Source: Octopus bimaculoides (taxonomy: Eukaryota). From it: DNA of 55,907 nt. Below the pieces are notes generated by a model. That model saw only the letters and a program-made list of their open reading frames with translations, did no database searches and was not told where the DNA came from. Both the position numbers and the translations under genes were made by a program. The stretch spans positions 82,960,513 to 83,016,419 of the forward strand of contig NC_068984.1 in the NCBI RefSeq assembly GCF_001194135.2, given 5' to 3'. Shown in pieces: positions 12,151-23,270 of this stretch. Each line of letters opens with the position of its first letter. The stretch's first letter is position 1.

Positions 12151-13993
12151 GTCACCAAATCCTTAATTGTCTTATCTATTACAGTGCCAACATTTAGAAT
12201 AGCTGATTTCTCAGTAGGGTTCACATTAAGAAGACTCTCTTTCTCCTAAGCATACATATGTATACAATTCTCATGTCATCAGAATACCTTGTCATTCCAT
12301 CTGCTAGAAATAGTAGCCAGATCTTTTTATCACATCTTACTGTCTTAAAACATACTTGATAGTCTACAATACTGACCCTCCCCCCACCGCCCTGTTATGA
12401 TGTCCATAGCTAAAATGCCTTTTATTATATAAGCCTGCTCAATTGAGGCTGAGCTCAATTTTGATGGAGACTCTTGCATTTTCTTCAAACAGATCTATCT
12501 TTGATATACGTATATTAATTAAATAGCAATTGAACATTATAACTGTCCCTTTGCTGTATACATCAATTTATCTACTTAAATTAATATGGTTCCTTATATA
12601 ATTGTCATTTATTACTACTAGTGGTGAATTGACAGAACCATTAATATGTTGGACAAAATGCATGTTCAGCATTTCTTCTGGCTCTTTACCTTCCATGTTT
12701 GTATTCAGCATAGGTCAACTTTGTCTTTCAACTCTCCAGGGTCAAGAAAATAAGTACTAGTCAAGTACTAAGGTCGATATAATTGACTAACCCCCNNNNN
12801 NNNNNNNNNNNNNNNNNNNNNNNNNNNNNNNNNNNNNNNNNNNNNNNNNNNNNNNNNNNNNNNNNNNNNNNNNNNNNNNNNNNNNNNNNNNNNNNNNNNN
12901 NNNNNNNNNNNNNNNNNNNNNNNNNNNNNNNNNNNNNNNNNNNNNNNNNNNNNNNNNNNNNNNNNNNNNNNNNNNNNNNNNNNNNNNNNNNNNNNNNNNN
13001 NNNNNNNNNNNNNNNNNNNNNNNNNNNNNNNNNNNNNNNTTTCGATCCAAAGCAACTATTAGCTTATTTTTGTTTAATTCTCGGATTTTTGAAATGTTAT
13101 TGTTTCAAAATCATGAGCTTATTTTGTAGAAATTTTAAAAAATATAGTTGTTTCAAACTTTCACTCGTGCTTCCAACTTTACAAATTCTCAGATCATTGA
13201 AAGTTTTTTTTTAACAAATGTCATTTATATATTTACAATTAGGAACTCGTGGAAAATGAATTACGGAAGACTGGCGTTCAAGGGCAGAAGAATAGGATGT
13301 AGTGGTTAGTGTGGAACTTGTGTGTGTGTGGTGGGGTTAAATATCACGGATGATGAAATATTGCTGCTTGAAATAAAACAAACAGGCGTCCATATAAATA
13401 TTAGTGTTTGAAATGTGAGACTACTATATAGTAATAGATGTAAATCATATGAGCGGTAAGACGCATAATTTGCTTGCTAAACTACACACAGATTTAACAG
13501 AAAATCTAATTTTACTTTTCATCTTTTTCTCCCACGAAGGACCGGTATAAGAAATTAGAGATGTGGCGGAGCCGGTATATGGGGAGGAAGGGAGTAGAGA
13601 CAACAAATATCTACAGAAGATTACATAACGGGTTTAACGTATCATTTTATCTAATATTAACTACGAACGGCCTAAAACCAAAGACTGCCGAACTACGTAA
13701 CATGACGAGGACACTGGATGAAATATTGGAGACGAGACGGAAGTTATTTCATAAGTATTTCTAACCAAAAAGTATGTCAGTTAAACGCAGCGCAGCAACG
13801 ACGCCAGTTAATGACAACTATAAAAAAAAAAAAACCCGCAGAAAGTTGGGTGAAGTATTCTATACGTAAATGTTTTAATCATTCGTCGTCTTTATATTTT
13901 ATCAATGAAGCTATATTGTTATTGAGATATAACGTGTAACAGGATGTTTCACTTCGGATAAACATAAAAAAATAAATGAAAATGTTTTCTTAC

Positions 13994-14170
13994 CGATTAA
14001 AGCTGGTACAGAATTAACTTTCCCTTCCCCTCTAATTTACTGGGAAAATGTTTACCCCAAAAGAAAAAAAAATTTCCAAGAAAAAACTTTGGTCGTCATC
14101 TTAATTCCATTTTAAAGTTTTCAATTCGCGACGTGTCCTAGTGGCAACATCCGGTTTAGGAAACAGAACA
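13994..14170 (-). promoter_or_regulatory. Candidate GOSR2 non-coding first exon and promoter
   Basis: Donor CG|GTAAGA at 13993, locally CpG-rich (about 13440-14170), with an ETS-like ACCGGATGT near 14150. Inference only. Confidence 0.4.
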
Positions 14171-14244
14171 GGAATCATACTTTCGTATTCCAACAAATAC
14201 ATGCCTAATATTTTAAATATTTTAGGTGATGTCACATCATCATA

Positions 14245-14284
<40 letters not shown>

Positions 14285-15254
14285 TTGATGGCTTTTTTAA
14301 GAAAATTATTTAGATTTATGCTAACATTAAAAAAGTAGTAACTTCGTTCTTTTTTAAATTTCTTTTGGAATTAAAACTTTAATCAACATTTCTTTTCTGT
14401 TCCTTAAAAACGTGTCAGTCATTCAGTTAGGAGAGAAGCTAAGTTAGAAAACAATAAATTAGATGTAATATGATATTATTATTATTTAAAGAATGACAGT
14501 TTAATTTGACTTTTATTTCTCCAAGGAAGCCATTAAAAAAAAAAAAATATAGTATTATCTCCCTTATTATCTCAAGAGTTACCTTCTTCGTTTCTCAAAA
14601 AGAAAAAAAAAAAGTTCGAAATATAGGAAAAACAGCTGCAGGATAATTTAAACATAAGATTTAGTTTAAGTTCATTCATTTCAAGAAAGCATTAAAAGAG
14701 TTATCGATACTTCTTCGGAATCCACTCACCTATAACTTTTGAACCAGTAATTTCGTTTTTTAAATTTTTTTCAGATTCATATGTTTTCGAAATCGAAGAT
14801 TACAATTTAGCAAAAAAAAAAAAAAGAAAAAAAAATTTATTTCAATTGCCCCCAATTTCATTCATAAGGTTTTACCCGAATGTATGATACTGAGACTTTG
14901 TAAAAGTCGTTTAAGGACCAGTTCTTGTTATTAAGCCAAGCTACAGGTTCAGTGTATCATCTATGAACGAGCAGGTTTCATCACATCTCCCAAAGTTTTC
15001 ATCCAAAGCTTTGGGTGACATGAAACTATAGTAGAAGACAATATAGTCCATAGTGCTGTGAAATGTAATCAACGTAAAAATCACGTTGTTGCAAGGCAAA
15101 TTTCTTAGTCATACAACTAAGTCTGTGCTCATGTATTATATACAGAGAAAGAGAGGGGTTAAGTGTTACAGTTGTGGAGCTAGGACCAAGGAAGGAGTTA
15201 AATGTTTAGTTGAGGCTTTGTGTTGTGGTTAGAGTTATGATTAAGCTTAAAGTA

Positions 15255-15795
15255 GCACCAAACCGAATTCTAATTGAAAACTTTTAGACATTAGACAATG
15301 CCAAACAAACTGATCCTAGCCTTTAAGCCAAGTCTAATGCCAAACCAAACTCTAATCCTAACTGTTAATTTAACCCATAGCCATGATGATAATAATCTCA
15401 ATACTAACCCCTAACTAAACCGAAATACAACTAACGGCTAACGTTAATCCTAACCCTAACTTTGTTCTGACTATCTGGCCAACTTTGTTCCTCATTCTTT
15501 TGGGGTCGAAAAAATATCACTTAACACTAACCCTAAAATTAATTCTAATACTAATTTTAACCATAATTGTAACCTGTTAAAGATAGTGATGATACTAACC
15601 CCTAACAACAATGCTATCCTTAATTCTAACCCTAATACTAACCCCTAACACTATACACCAACATATTCTGAAAGATTAAGCGTAATGATAACCTTAATAA
15701 CCTTCACTTGCATGCTAACTTAACATTCAGTGTAATAATAATGCTAACCCTAACCTTTATCCTAATGCTGGCACTCCTAAATTTAACTATAACAC
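15255..15795 (+). repeat. Degenerate (CCCTAA)n telomere-like hexamer tract
   Basis: Persistent 6-nt NNYAAY periodicity with clean cores such as ctaaccctaac (15450-15460) and gctaaccctaacc near 15745. Confidence 0.65.
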
Positions 15796-15811
15796 TTACA
15801 CTGACTCTGTA

Positions 15812-16590
15812 CTGAACAGCCTTTAAACTTCTGTTAGAAGAGTCAATGAAGAGCTTCTATTCATCTGCTTTGTACAACATCCACATGTGTTCAACAAGGC
15901 CAGAAATATTTGAACAGAAAGCTAAAGAATCTTGTTTCTTAAAGAACTTAGTGAATTCCACTTCCCGTTGACGGTACCAAGAGGATGGTGTTTCAGGAAC
16001 TAGAAGCTTGTGTTCCTTCAGTCTAGAGCAAAGTAACTGTGTACATTCTTTTAGAAGGTTAAGGTCTCTCACCAGGCCATTGTGCTCAATTTAGTTGAGT
16101 TTGGGAACATTTGTTGGTGATTCATAGTCTACTTCCATCTCATTAGTTTCACTAGTATCCGACTCTGATGAAATTTCCCATGTTTCAGGTGGCACATGTA
16201 CAGGAATATCATCTGAATGTGAAACAGGCCTTATTGCTGATGAAATATTTAGGTATATTAGGTGATCCTTAGGTGTCTTGTTGAATCTAGCTACTTTGGT
16301 CATACAGGAATAGCAGTCACTATGGTGGTTCATCTGCTCTCCCTATACAATTCTTACTCCAAAGGGCATACATTTCAGTTATCCAACTGACCACATTTGG
16401 AGCTTAGTAATGCAACTCTTGCAAGCTCTGTAAGGTGCAAATAGTTTGTCCTGGTCTCCCAGTTTCAGTCAAAATAAGTTAAATACCAGTTCTTTAACAA
16501 AGGAATAATATTGCTCTGGGAATCTGAAGGGATGAATTACCTGCAGACATAACAAAATATGTCTGGTGAATTTATGCTGCCTCTAGACAT
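15812..16590 (-). mobile_element. Truncated, inactivated DDE transposase, Chapaev/CMC-like
   Basis: MSRGSINSPDIFCYVC...KLGDQDKLFAPYRACKSC...NHHSDCYSC...SAIRPVSHS...RDLNLLKECTQLLCSRLKE...E*KLFIDSSNRSLKAV. Chapa-like zinc-finger spacing; ends just after the putative first catalytic Asp. Superfamily assignment is from memory. Confidence 0.75.
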
Positions 16591-16629
16591 ATTCACAATC
16601 TTAAAATAAAAAAGAGTATACTCGATTCT

Positions 16630-17263
16630 GCTAATGCAGAATTGCACCTCTTCTTGAAAAATGCATCTTTTTGAAAAAAGTGTTCCCGATTGCTATGTTC
16701 TAGATGTCGGAGATTACGAATATGCAAGAAAAAATTTTTTTTATTTCACTCACCCCCCACTCTTCCCCACGTCCCTTACCCCAATTAAAAATTTTTCGAA
16801 ATTTTTTTCCCCATGTTTTAGATGAAGGAGATTCCGAATATGCAAAACTTCAAAATTTAAAATTGGATGAAAAAGTTCAAAATTTGAAATTGGGCGAGAG
16901 GGTGAAATTTGAGCCCCTTATTAAACTTTATAAGATTAATTATTAAAAATTAATTTGTTTCTTATAAAATGGTGTATATTCAATTTACATTCAATTATTA
17001 TTTACGATTATTTAAGGCAAAGACAAATAAAACGCATATTCTTTTCTCTTTAATGTTTTATTTCGATTTGCACATGCTGGTTAATTCACTACAATCTCTT
17101 TAAAGAAAACAAAATCAAAATTTTAAATTGGGTGGGGGAGTGAAATTAAAACTATTTTTTTTTTTTTTTTGCATTTTCGTAGTCTCCGACATCTAAAACG
17201 TAGGAATCCGAAAAAATTTTCCCCTAAAAACGCATTTTTCAAGAAGTGCGATTCTATATTAGC
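16630..17263. repeat. Diverged inverted repeat (about 130-bp arms), probable DNA-transposon/MITE ends
   Basis: 16630-16760 (gctaat..gcac..ttcttgaaaaatgc..agatgtcggagattacgaatatgcaa) is the reverse complement of about 17135-17263. A third ggagattccgaatatgcaa copy lies near 16825. Confidence 0.7.
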
Positions 17264-17800
17264 CCCATATATATTGATATGTAAAAGGTAAGATCCAAGG
17301 ATCAAGGTGTAGGAAGTTAGAAACTTCGAGCAATCCGAAGAAGGGATAAAAAATAATTTTCAGGAACAATAGTGGTTTATTGACGTAGAAGGCTGTACAT
17401 TTTTTCCATATTCAAGTTCGATAAGATGAAAATAAGTTATTTTACAGTTCACGGTTAGCAGCTGAGGTTGCTGTGTTTGTGGATAAAAATCCAAATTTAG
17501 GGAATGGGGTAGATAAAATCTAGGTTACATATGTTTCATAGCTAGCTGAACCCAGGAAGTAGGGAATTACCGAAACGAGGGGTAAACCGCTAGCTACTCG
17601 TCAGGCCAAAGATACCTTACTAAAAAAAAAAAAAAAAGCATGGAAGGCGGACGTTAAACGATGATGATGATATATATCTGCGACGTAGAAATTAAAAAAA
17701 ATTTGTCTTTTTATATAGAATCTCACGACCTGTTTGTTCTCAAGGCTTTGGCTTTGTAGGTGCGAAACCTTGGGTAACTCCAAGATATAAAATTTTGTTG

Positions 17801-17834
<34 letters not shown>

Positions 17835-17907
17835 ATGCGCGTGCGTACTAAAACTTTTCAGCTGTTTTGAAAGCTGTCTGTAATGGGACAGTATATTTAA
17901 GATTTGA

Positions 17908-17912
17908 CCAAT
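17908..17912 (+). promoter_or_regulatory. CCAAT box upstream of ECHDC3 ATG
   Basis: ttgaCCAATag 46 nt before the ATG; the ATG lies in a YY1-like AAAATGGCTGC. Confidence 0.45.
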
Positions 17913-17957
17913 AGAAAGCGACTTTTCATAACTATACAGGTTTTCGTACTTGATAAA

Positions 17958-17981
17958 ATGGCTGCGTTGTTTAGTCGAAAG
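17958..17981 (+). CDS. ECHDC3: ECHDC3 coding exon 1 (start of mitochondrial targeting peptide)
   Basis: aaaATGGCTGCG..: MAALFSRK|GTATTT; phase 0 matches exon 2. Short, so less certain. Confidence 0.7.
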
Positions 17982-18827
17982 GTATTTGTGTTAATGTTGT
18001 TAACATTTGGGGAGATTTCTGCAGTGTTTTTTTTCCAGTAGATTGTAGATTAATACGTGTTTTGACTTCATAATTCCATTTTTAAGTACTGTCTACATAA
18101 TTTTTTTTTTCTCTTCTCATTTTACTAACACATCACTTGTATTACTAATTGTTATCTTTATAGTTTCGTATTCTTATAAACGTATCAAATGTGATTTTGA
18201 TTAGGAAACCAAATAGCAATATAAAAGTTTTTAATGTTTGTATATAAAATCCTCCCAAAACACATATACATATTTTTTAATAGTTTTTTTAAGCCTCCCT
18301 GTTACCTCTGTTAGTTGATGTTCCAACTTCTTATTATAATCTCATGTAGGATTTTAATATATCCCATGTGTCATCATTTTTAATATGAATGGAGGATTAC
18401 ATTATATCCTATGTGTTCTCATTTTAAAAATGGTAATGTATTATTTATTACTTTCACCATTTCGAGCGACCACCTAGAGCCTCTGTGAACTCGTGTTGTT
18501 TTAGTCCCATCTGTTTCAAGGGAGATGACTCTCAGCATCAAATTCATGTCAGTTCCAGGATCATAGTTTATTCGACAGGAGATCGAGATTCTATGACAGT
18601 CATGCTTTTTCCAAAATATTTGCAACGTAAATGAGACGAAATATTAAATAAAATAGGACTTCGTGACAGTGCATAGGTTTAATTCAGTTAGATATTACAT
18701 TTACGGTCTCGCTATCGTATAATGTTTAACCCATTAAGCGCTGTGATTTGCACTTATATAGCATGGATTGCTGAGAACATTTTATGAAAATGATACTACC
18801 ATACACACATAAAAAACAAAAAAAATC

Positions 18828-19749
18828 GGTGGACATTGGAATTAGACACTGAGGGAAAATGGCTGTAACTTTTTTATTTTTTAATTTTGACGATTTTCGT
18901 TTTCGATAATGTGTTCTATATGTCACGGTCATGCGATTCCCCCTAAAAAAAAAATTTTGGACCACCCCTTCCCNNNNNNNNNNNNNNNNNNNNNNNNNNN
19001 NNNNNNNNNNNNNNNNNNNNNNNNNNNNNNNNNNNNNNNNNNNNNNNNNNNNNNNNNNNNNNNNNNNNNNNNNNNNNNNNNNNNNNNNNNNNNNNNNNNN
19101 NNNNNNNNNNNNNNNNNNNNNNNNNNNNNNNNNNNNNNNNNNNNNNNNNNNNNNNNNNNNNNNNNNNNNNNNNNNNNNNNNNNNNNNNNNNNNNNNNNNN
19201 NNNNNNNNNNNNNNNNNNNNNNNNNNNNNNNNNNNNNNNNNNNNNNNNNNNNNNNNNNNNNNNNNNNNNNNNNNNNNNNNNNNNNNNNNNNNNNNNNNNN
19301 NNNNNNNNNNNNNNNNNNNNNNNNNNNNNNNNNNNNNNNNNNNNNNNNNNNNNNNNNNNNNNNNNNNNNNNNNNNNNNNNNNNNNNNNNNNNNNNNNNNN
19401 NNNNNNNNNNNNNNNNNNNNNNNNNNNNNNNNNNNNNNNNNNNNNNNNNNNNNNNNNNNNNNNNNNNNNNNNNNNNNNNNNNNNNNNNNNNNNNNNNNNN
19501 NNNNNNNNNNNNNNNNNNNNNNNNNNNNNNNNNNNNNNNNNNNNNNNNNNNNNNNNNNNNNNNNNNNNNNNNNNNNNNNNNNNNNNNNNNNNNNNNNNNN
19601 NNNNNNNNNNNNNNNNNNNNNNNNNNNNNNNNNNNNNNNNNNNNNNNNNNNNNNNNNNNNNNNNNNNNNNNNNNNNNNNNNNNNNNNNNNNNNNNNNNNN
19701 TAATAAAGTTACAGCCATTTTCCCTCAGTGTCTAATTCCAATGTCCACC
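18828..19749. mobile_element. TIR DNA element with 8-bp TSD (Merlin- or MULE-like termini), interior mostly N gap
   Basis: TIR GGTGGACATTGGAATTAGACACTGAGGGAAAATGGCTGTAACTTT at both ends; TSD AAAAAATC at 18820-18827 and 19750-19757. Confidence 0.8.
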
Positions 19750-21006
19750 AAAAAATCTTTAAAATATCTTCTTAGTATATAATGGTGACAAGTTTTACAT
19801 CAACTGAAAAGTCATTAGTTGAACTATTAGTCCTCTTACATTATGGGGGCAGCAGAGCGTTTGAGTGACATAAGATCCCTACAAACGCCCATAAATTAAA
19901 TGCATCTATCTGGGCCTCGATCGTGGCCTATCAATCTATGCCTGACGGCCGCGATCGTGGCCCGTCGCGCTTTATGTGTTGAGTTAACACTAGGATCCGA
20001 GGAATTTAGTGACGGCCACCGTTGGCAATTAAAGAATTTAAACATGATGCAAGTGTTATGAGTCCGTTTACGTTAAAGAAAATGAAAAGTCTAACATGTA
20101 GGACAGTATCTTTTGTAATGTCGTGACAAAATAATTTTTATTTCGCATTCGAATTGTTTGTAAATGTAAAATGTTGCCCTCTAAATATTATGTATGTATG
20201 TACAGATGGACGGGTATGATTTTGAATTGCATCCGGTAGTGAGACCCTTGTACTTTGTTTCAGGGTTTTGTAGAGTGTGGAGCCACTTCTTAGCCACTAT
20301 CATTTCCAGGTCTACTCTTACCTGGAATAGTAGCACTTGTTAGGGTCCCAGCTGTGGTTTAATTAACATGTGGACCACTGGGAGTGAAGGACCCTTAGCT
20401 TTCATTAGAACTTCTTTCTAGAAGAGGATAAACTCATATACAAAAATTCTGAAATGCACTTGTTTCTGGTCGTCTCACTCTTGTTACAGTTGTTTGCACT
20501 GGAAAGTGGATTCATTGCTGTGCGACACTTTATCTCTTCAAAACAAATTCATGTACTGGAACTTCTTAGACTCTCAGAAAGTTTGCATGGACTTACTGAG
20601 TTTAGGAAGAGTGAGTGAATGAGTATGTGTGTATGTCTGTCTGTCAAGATTTCTTGCCAATAGAGAAAAAGCCGGTTTCTTCTTTGGAATTTCAACATCA
20701 ACAACAGGGTATTTTTGTTTGTATATATGTATGTATACATCATGTGTGTGTGTACAGTGTAAATATAGTGACTATGTCACACATTTCAGGACATGCAGGT
20801 ATAATCGATTGAATAGATGTACTGTACTTAATTAGTACTTATTTTAATCAACCATGGAGGTTTAGAAACAGTTGACATGATACTATTTGGAGTAAAAGTT
20901 AATGTTAAAAATATGTCATGTCTGAATGGTTTATTTGTTCGCATAGATTCGTAACCTTATTAGGCAATTTTATTCAGAAAATAAACCAACAGTAAAACTT
21001 GGAAGT

Positions 21007-21259
21007 GTGGAGGCATGTGGCTTAGTGGCTAGGGTGTCAGCATCATGATCGTAAGATTGTGGTTTCGATTCTGGACCGGGCGATGCATTGCGTTCTTGAG
21101 CAAAACACTTCATTTACTCCAGTCCACTCAGCTGGCAAAAATGAGTAACGCTGCGATGGACTGGCATCCCGTCCAGCTGGGGAACACATACGCCATTGAA
21201 ACCGGGAAACCGGGCCCATGAGCGTGGTTAGGCTTCAACAGGGCGCATTTATTTTATTT
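21007..21259 (+). mobile_element. tRNA-derived SINE (third family) with 14-bp TSD
   Basis: A-box GTGGCTTAGTGG, B-box-like GGTTTCGATTC and a (TTTTA)n tail; TSD TAAAACTTGGAAGT at 20993-21006 and 21260-21273. Confidence 0.88.
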
Positions 21260-21973
21260 TAAAACTTGGAAGTAAATATAAAAATGTTGCAAAATACTAA
21301 TTTCCATTCCTGTAGAAGAATTCATTCCACTGCAAGGATTCAGACTAAGTGTTTGATTTGTGGGTGACTTCTTCTCTGCTTCCCACCAGCTACAGAAATC
21401 TTGTAAACAGGTCATCGGTATTCTTTACTCCCCTGACAAAGTTATGTATGTATGTGTGAATAAAGAAATAGTGTAAACTGCAAATCATTTGCTTGATTTG
21501 TGCAGTTTACACAGGTGGTTAGATGTCAAAATGAATTTCATCCAGTAAGAATAATGTTGATAATAAATAACTATTATAATATTAAGGAATCATTTAATAC
21601 TGTGGTTTTATTCCAGGTTAGCCTTAATCAAATATATATATGATCAAAAGCATTCAAGCCATGACCAACTCATTATTTTAGGGATGTCTAGGACTACATT
21701 ATTTAATGTCAGTTTCTGTTTTGTATGATGGTAGGTTGAGATTTGGGAGAAATTTGATTGCTATTTTTATAAGTGTGAGTGACTAAGTATTGACTCCCTT
21801 GGTGACTTGTTAATACAGAAGATAGGATAAAATCTGAGAAAACAGATGATGATGTGCAATTAGTCTGTCAAAGAGCTTGATAAGTCCATTTAACATACGG
21901 TGTAAATAGTTGATGTAAGTTACAATTACCATTTTACTAACCAAATATATTTTGGTGACACACACACACACAT

Positions 21974-22180
21974 GAGGGGGTGCTGAAAAGTTCCTGGCTT
22001 AAGAGTATTGCGAAAGGAGGCCCAACTTTTCTAAGCCCTGTTCTTTTACAGGGCTTAGAGAAATTGAAGAGCTGCTGCAATATATGTGTGAATCTGAGAG
22101 GGGAATTTGTTGAATAAAATCATAATTAACTGATCCTCCTGTGCTTTCTTTTACCCAAACGCTGGAACTTTTCAGCACCC
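21974..22180 (+). mobile_element. Non-autonomous mariner deletion derivative
   Basis: TIR GGGTGCTGAAAAGTTCC (21978-21994) / GGAACTTTTCAGCACCC (22164-22180); the interior encodes a mariner C-terminus-like GLEKLKSCCNICVNLRGEFVE*. Confidence 0.8.
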
Positions 22181-22899
22181 TATATAAATACGCACACACA
22201 CATGCACACACACACACACGTGTACATACATACATATTCATCTATCCATCTATCATGGAACATATAACAATTAGATATTATTTTTGAGCTCTACACAAAT
22301 GATTACTTTAGTGGCATGTATGAAACCTCTATTTCACAAATTAAAAGTTTAGGAAATTCATAAGCAATTTATTCCATAAGTTGTATCAAACAAATTGTGA
22401 AGAAATATGTGTCACTTCATGACATGACCAGCACATAACTATCACTTAAATGATTACATTTTACTTGTATTATATAAATAGGGAAAAATTGCAACAACTT
22501 TACAGATGAGGTCCTCTACTGAAGTTTGTCCTTTGTCTTTTAGAAAATCATAGCTTGCTGAATTGATAAAGTATTTAGCTAGTGATCAAAGGCCAAAGAT
22601 GTATTTTTGACAAAAAGCACTTAACAGATTCATATTTCACTTGGCTGTGAACAAGCATTACAAGGGAGATATCTGTTCATTGTCATTAGGTGTGGTCTTA
22701 ACTTTTCTGAAACAGTTTTGGCTTTGTTATATGTATGGCTGCTTTGAAAGATTTGAGACTCTAAAATCATGTACCTAAATGTCATAGCTAGGTATGGTTC
22801 ATTAATAAAAAGAAAGTAGTGTTGCTAAATAGATCCCACAATACATGTAGTGACTCTGTAATGATGTTGTTAAAAGAAACTAGGTTGTCTTGTACCTAT

Positions 22900-23270
22900 T
22901 ACATGATGGTCTCTAGTTATACAAGTCTAGTATGGAGTAAGATTGCTGATGGATGATGCCTGTGTGTATGAAAGGTAAAGGAGAAAAAAAGGGTAGTATC
23001 ATCTGTATAACAGTGTGATTAGAAACAACAGCGGACAGATTATTGATGTAGAGAAGGAAGAGTATTGGAGTCATAACCAAACTCCAAGCGACATCAGTGT
23101 TAATAGAATGTGGGTTAGAGAGAACTTATTGACACATGATGATCTGACACGAGAGATGAAAGAAAAACTTTACCAGAATGTTCTCATATCAGACATAGAT
23201 GAAGCCTTGGTATCAAGGCCAACAACGCTGTTTTTACTGAAGTTTTCAAGGGTTTGTGAGTACTGGTAAA
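22900..23270 (-). mobile_element. Decayed CR1/Jockey-group RT fragment
   Basis: Minus frame [23 protein letters not shown] resembles [21 protein letters not shown]. Confidence 0.5.

Noticed and set aside
12768-13214. ORF-track entries spanning N gaps (also 18726-19782)
   Set aside because: Artefacts of translating Ns.
13328-13340. ATGATGA C-box (snoRNA?)
   Set aside because: No D box (CTGA) or terminal stem at suitable distance; antisense to the host intron.
17608-17616. Minus-strand GTATCTTT resembling a U12 donor
   Set aside because: Imperfect consensus, next to a poly-A repeat tail, and no convincing U12 branch site at the GOSR2 acceptors.
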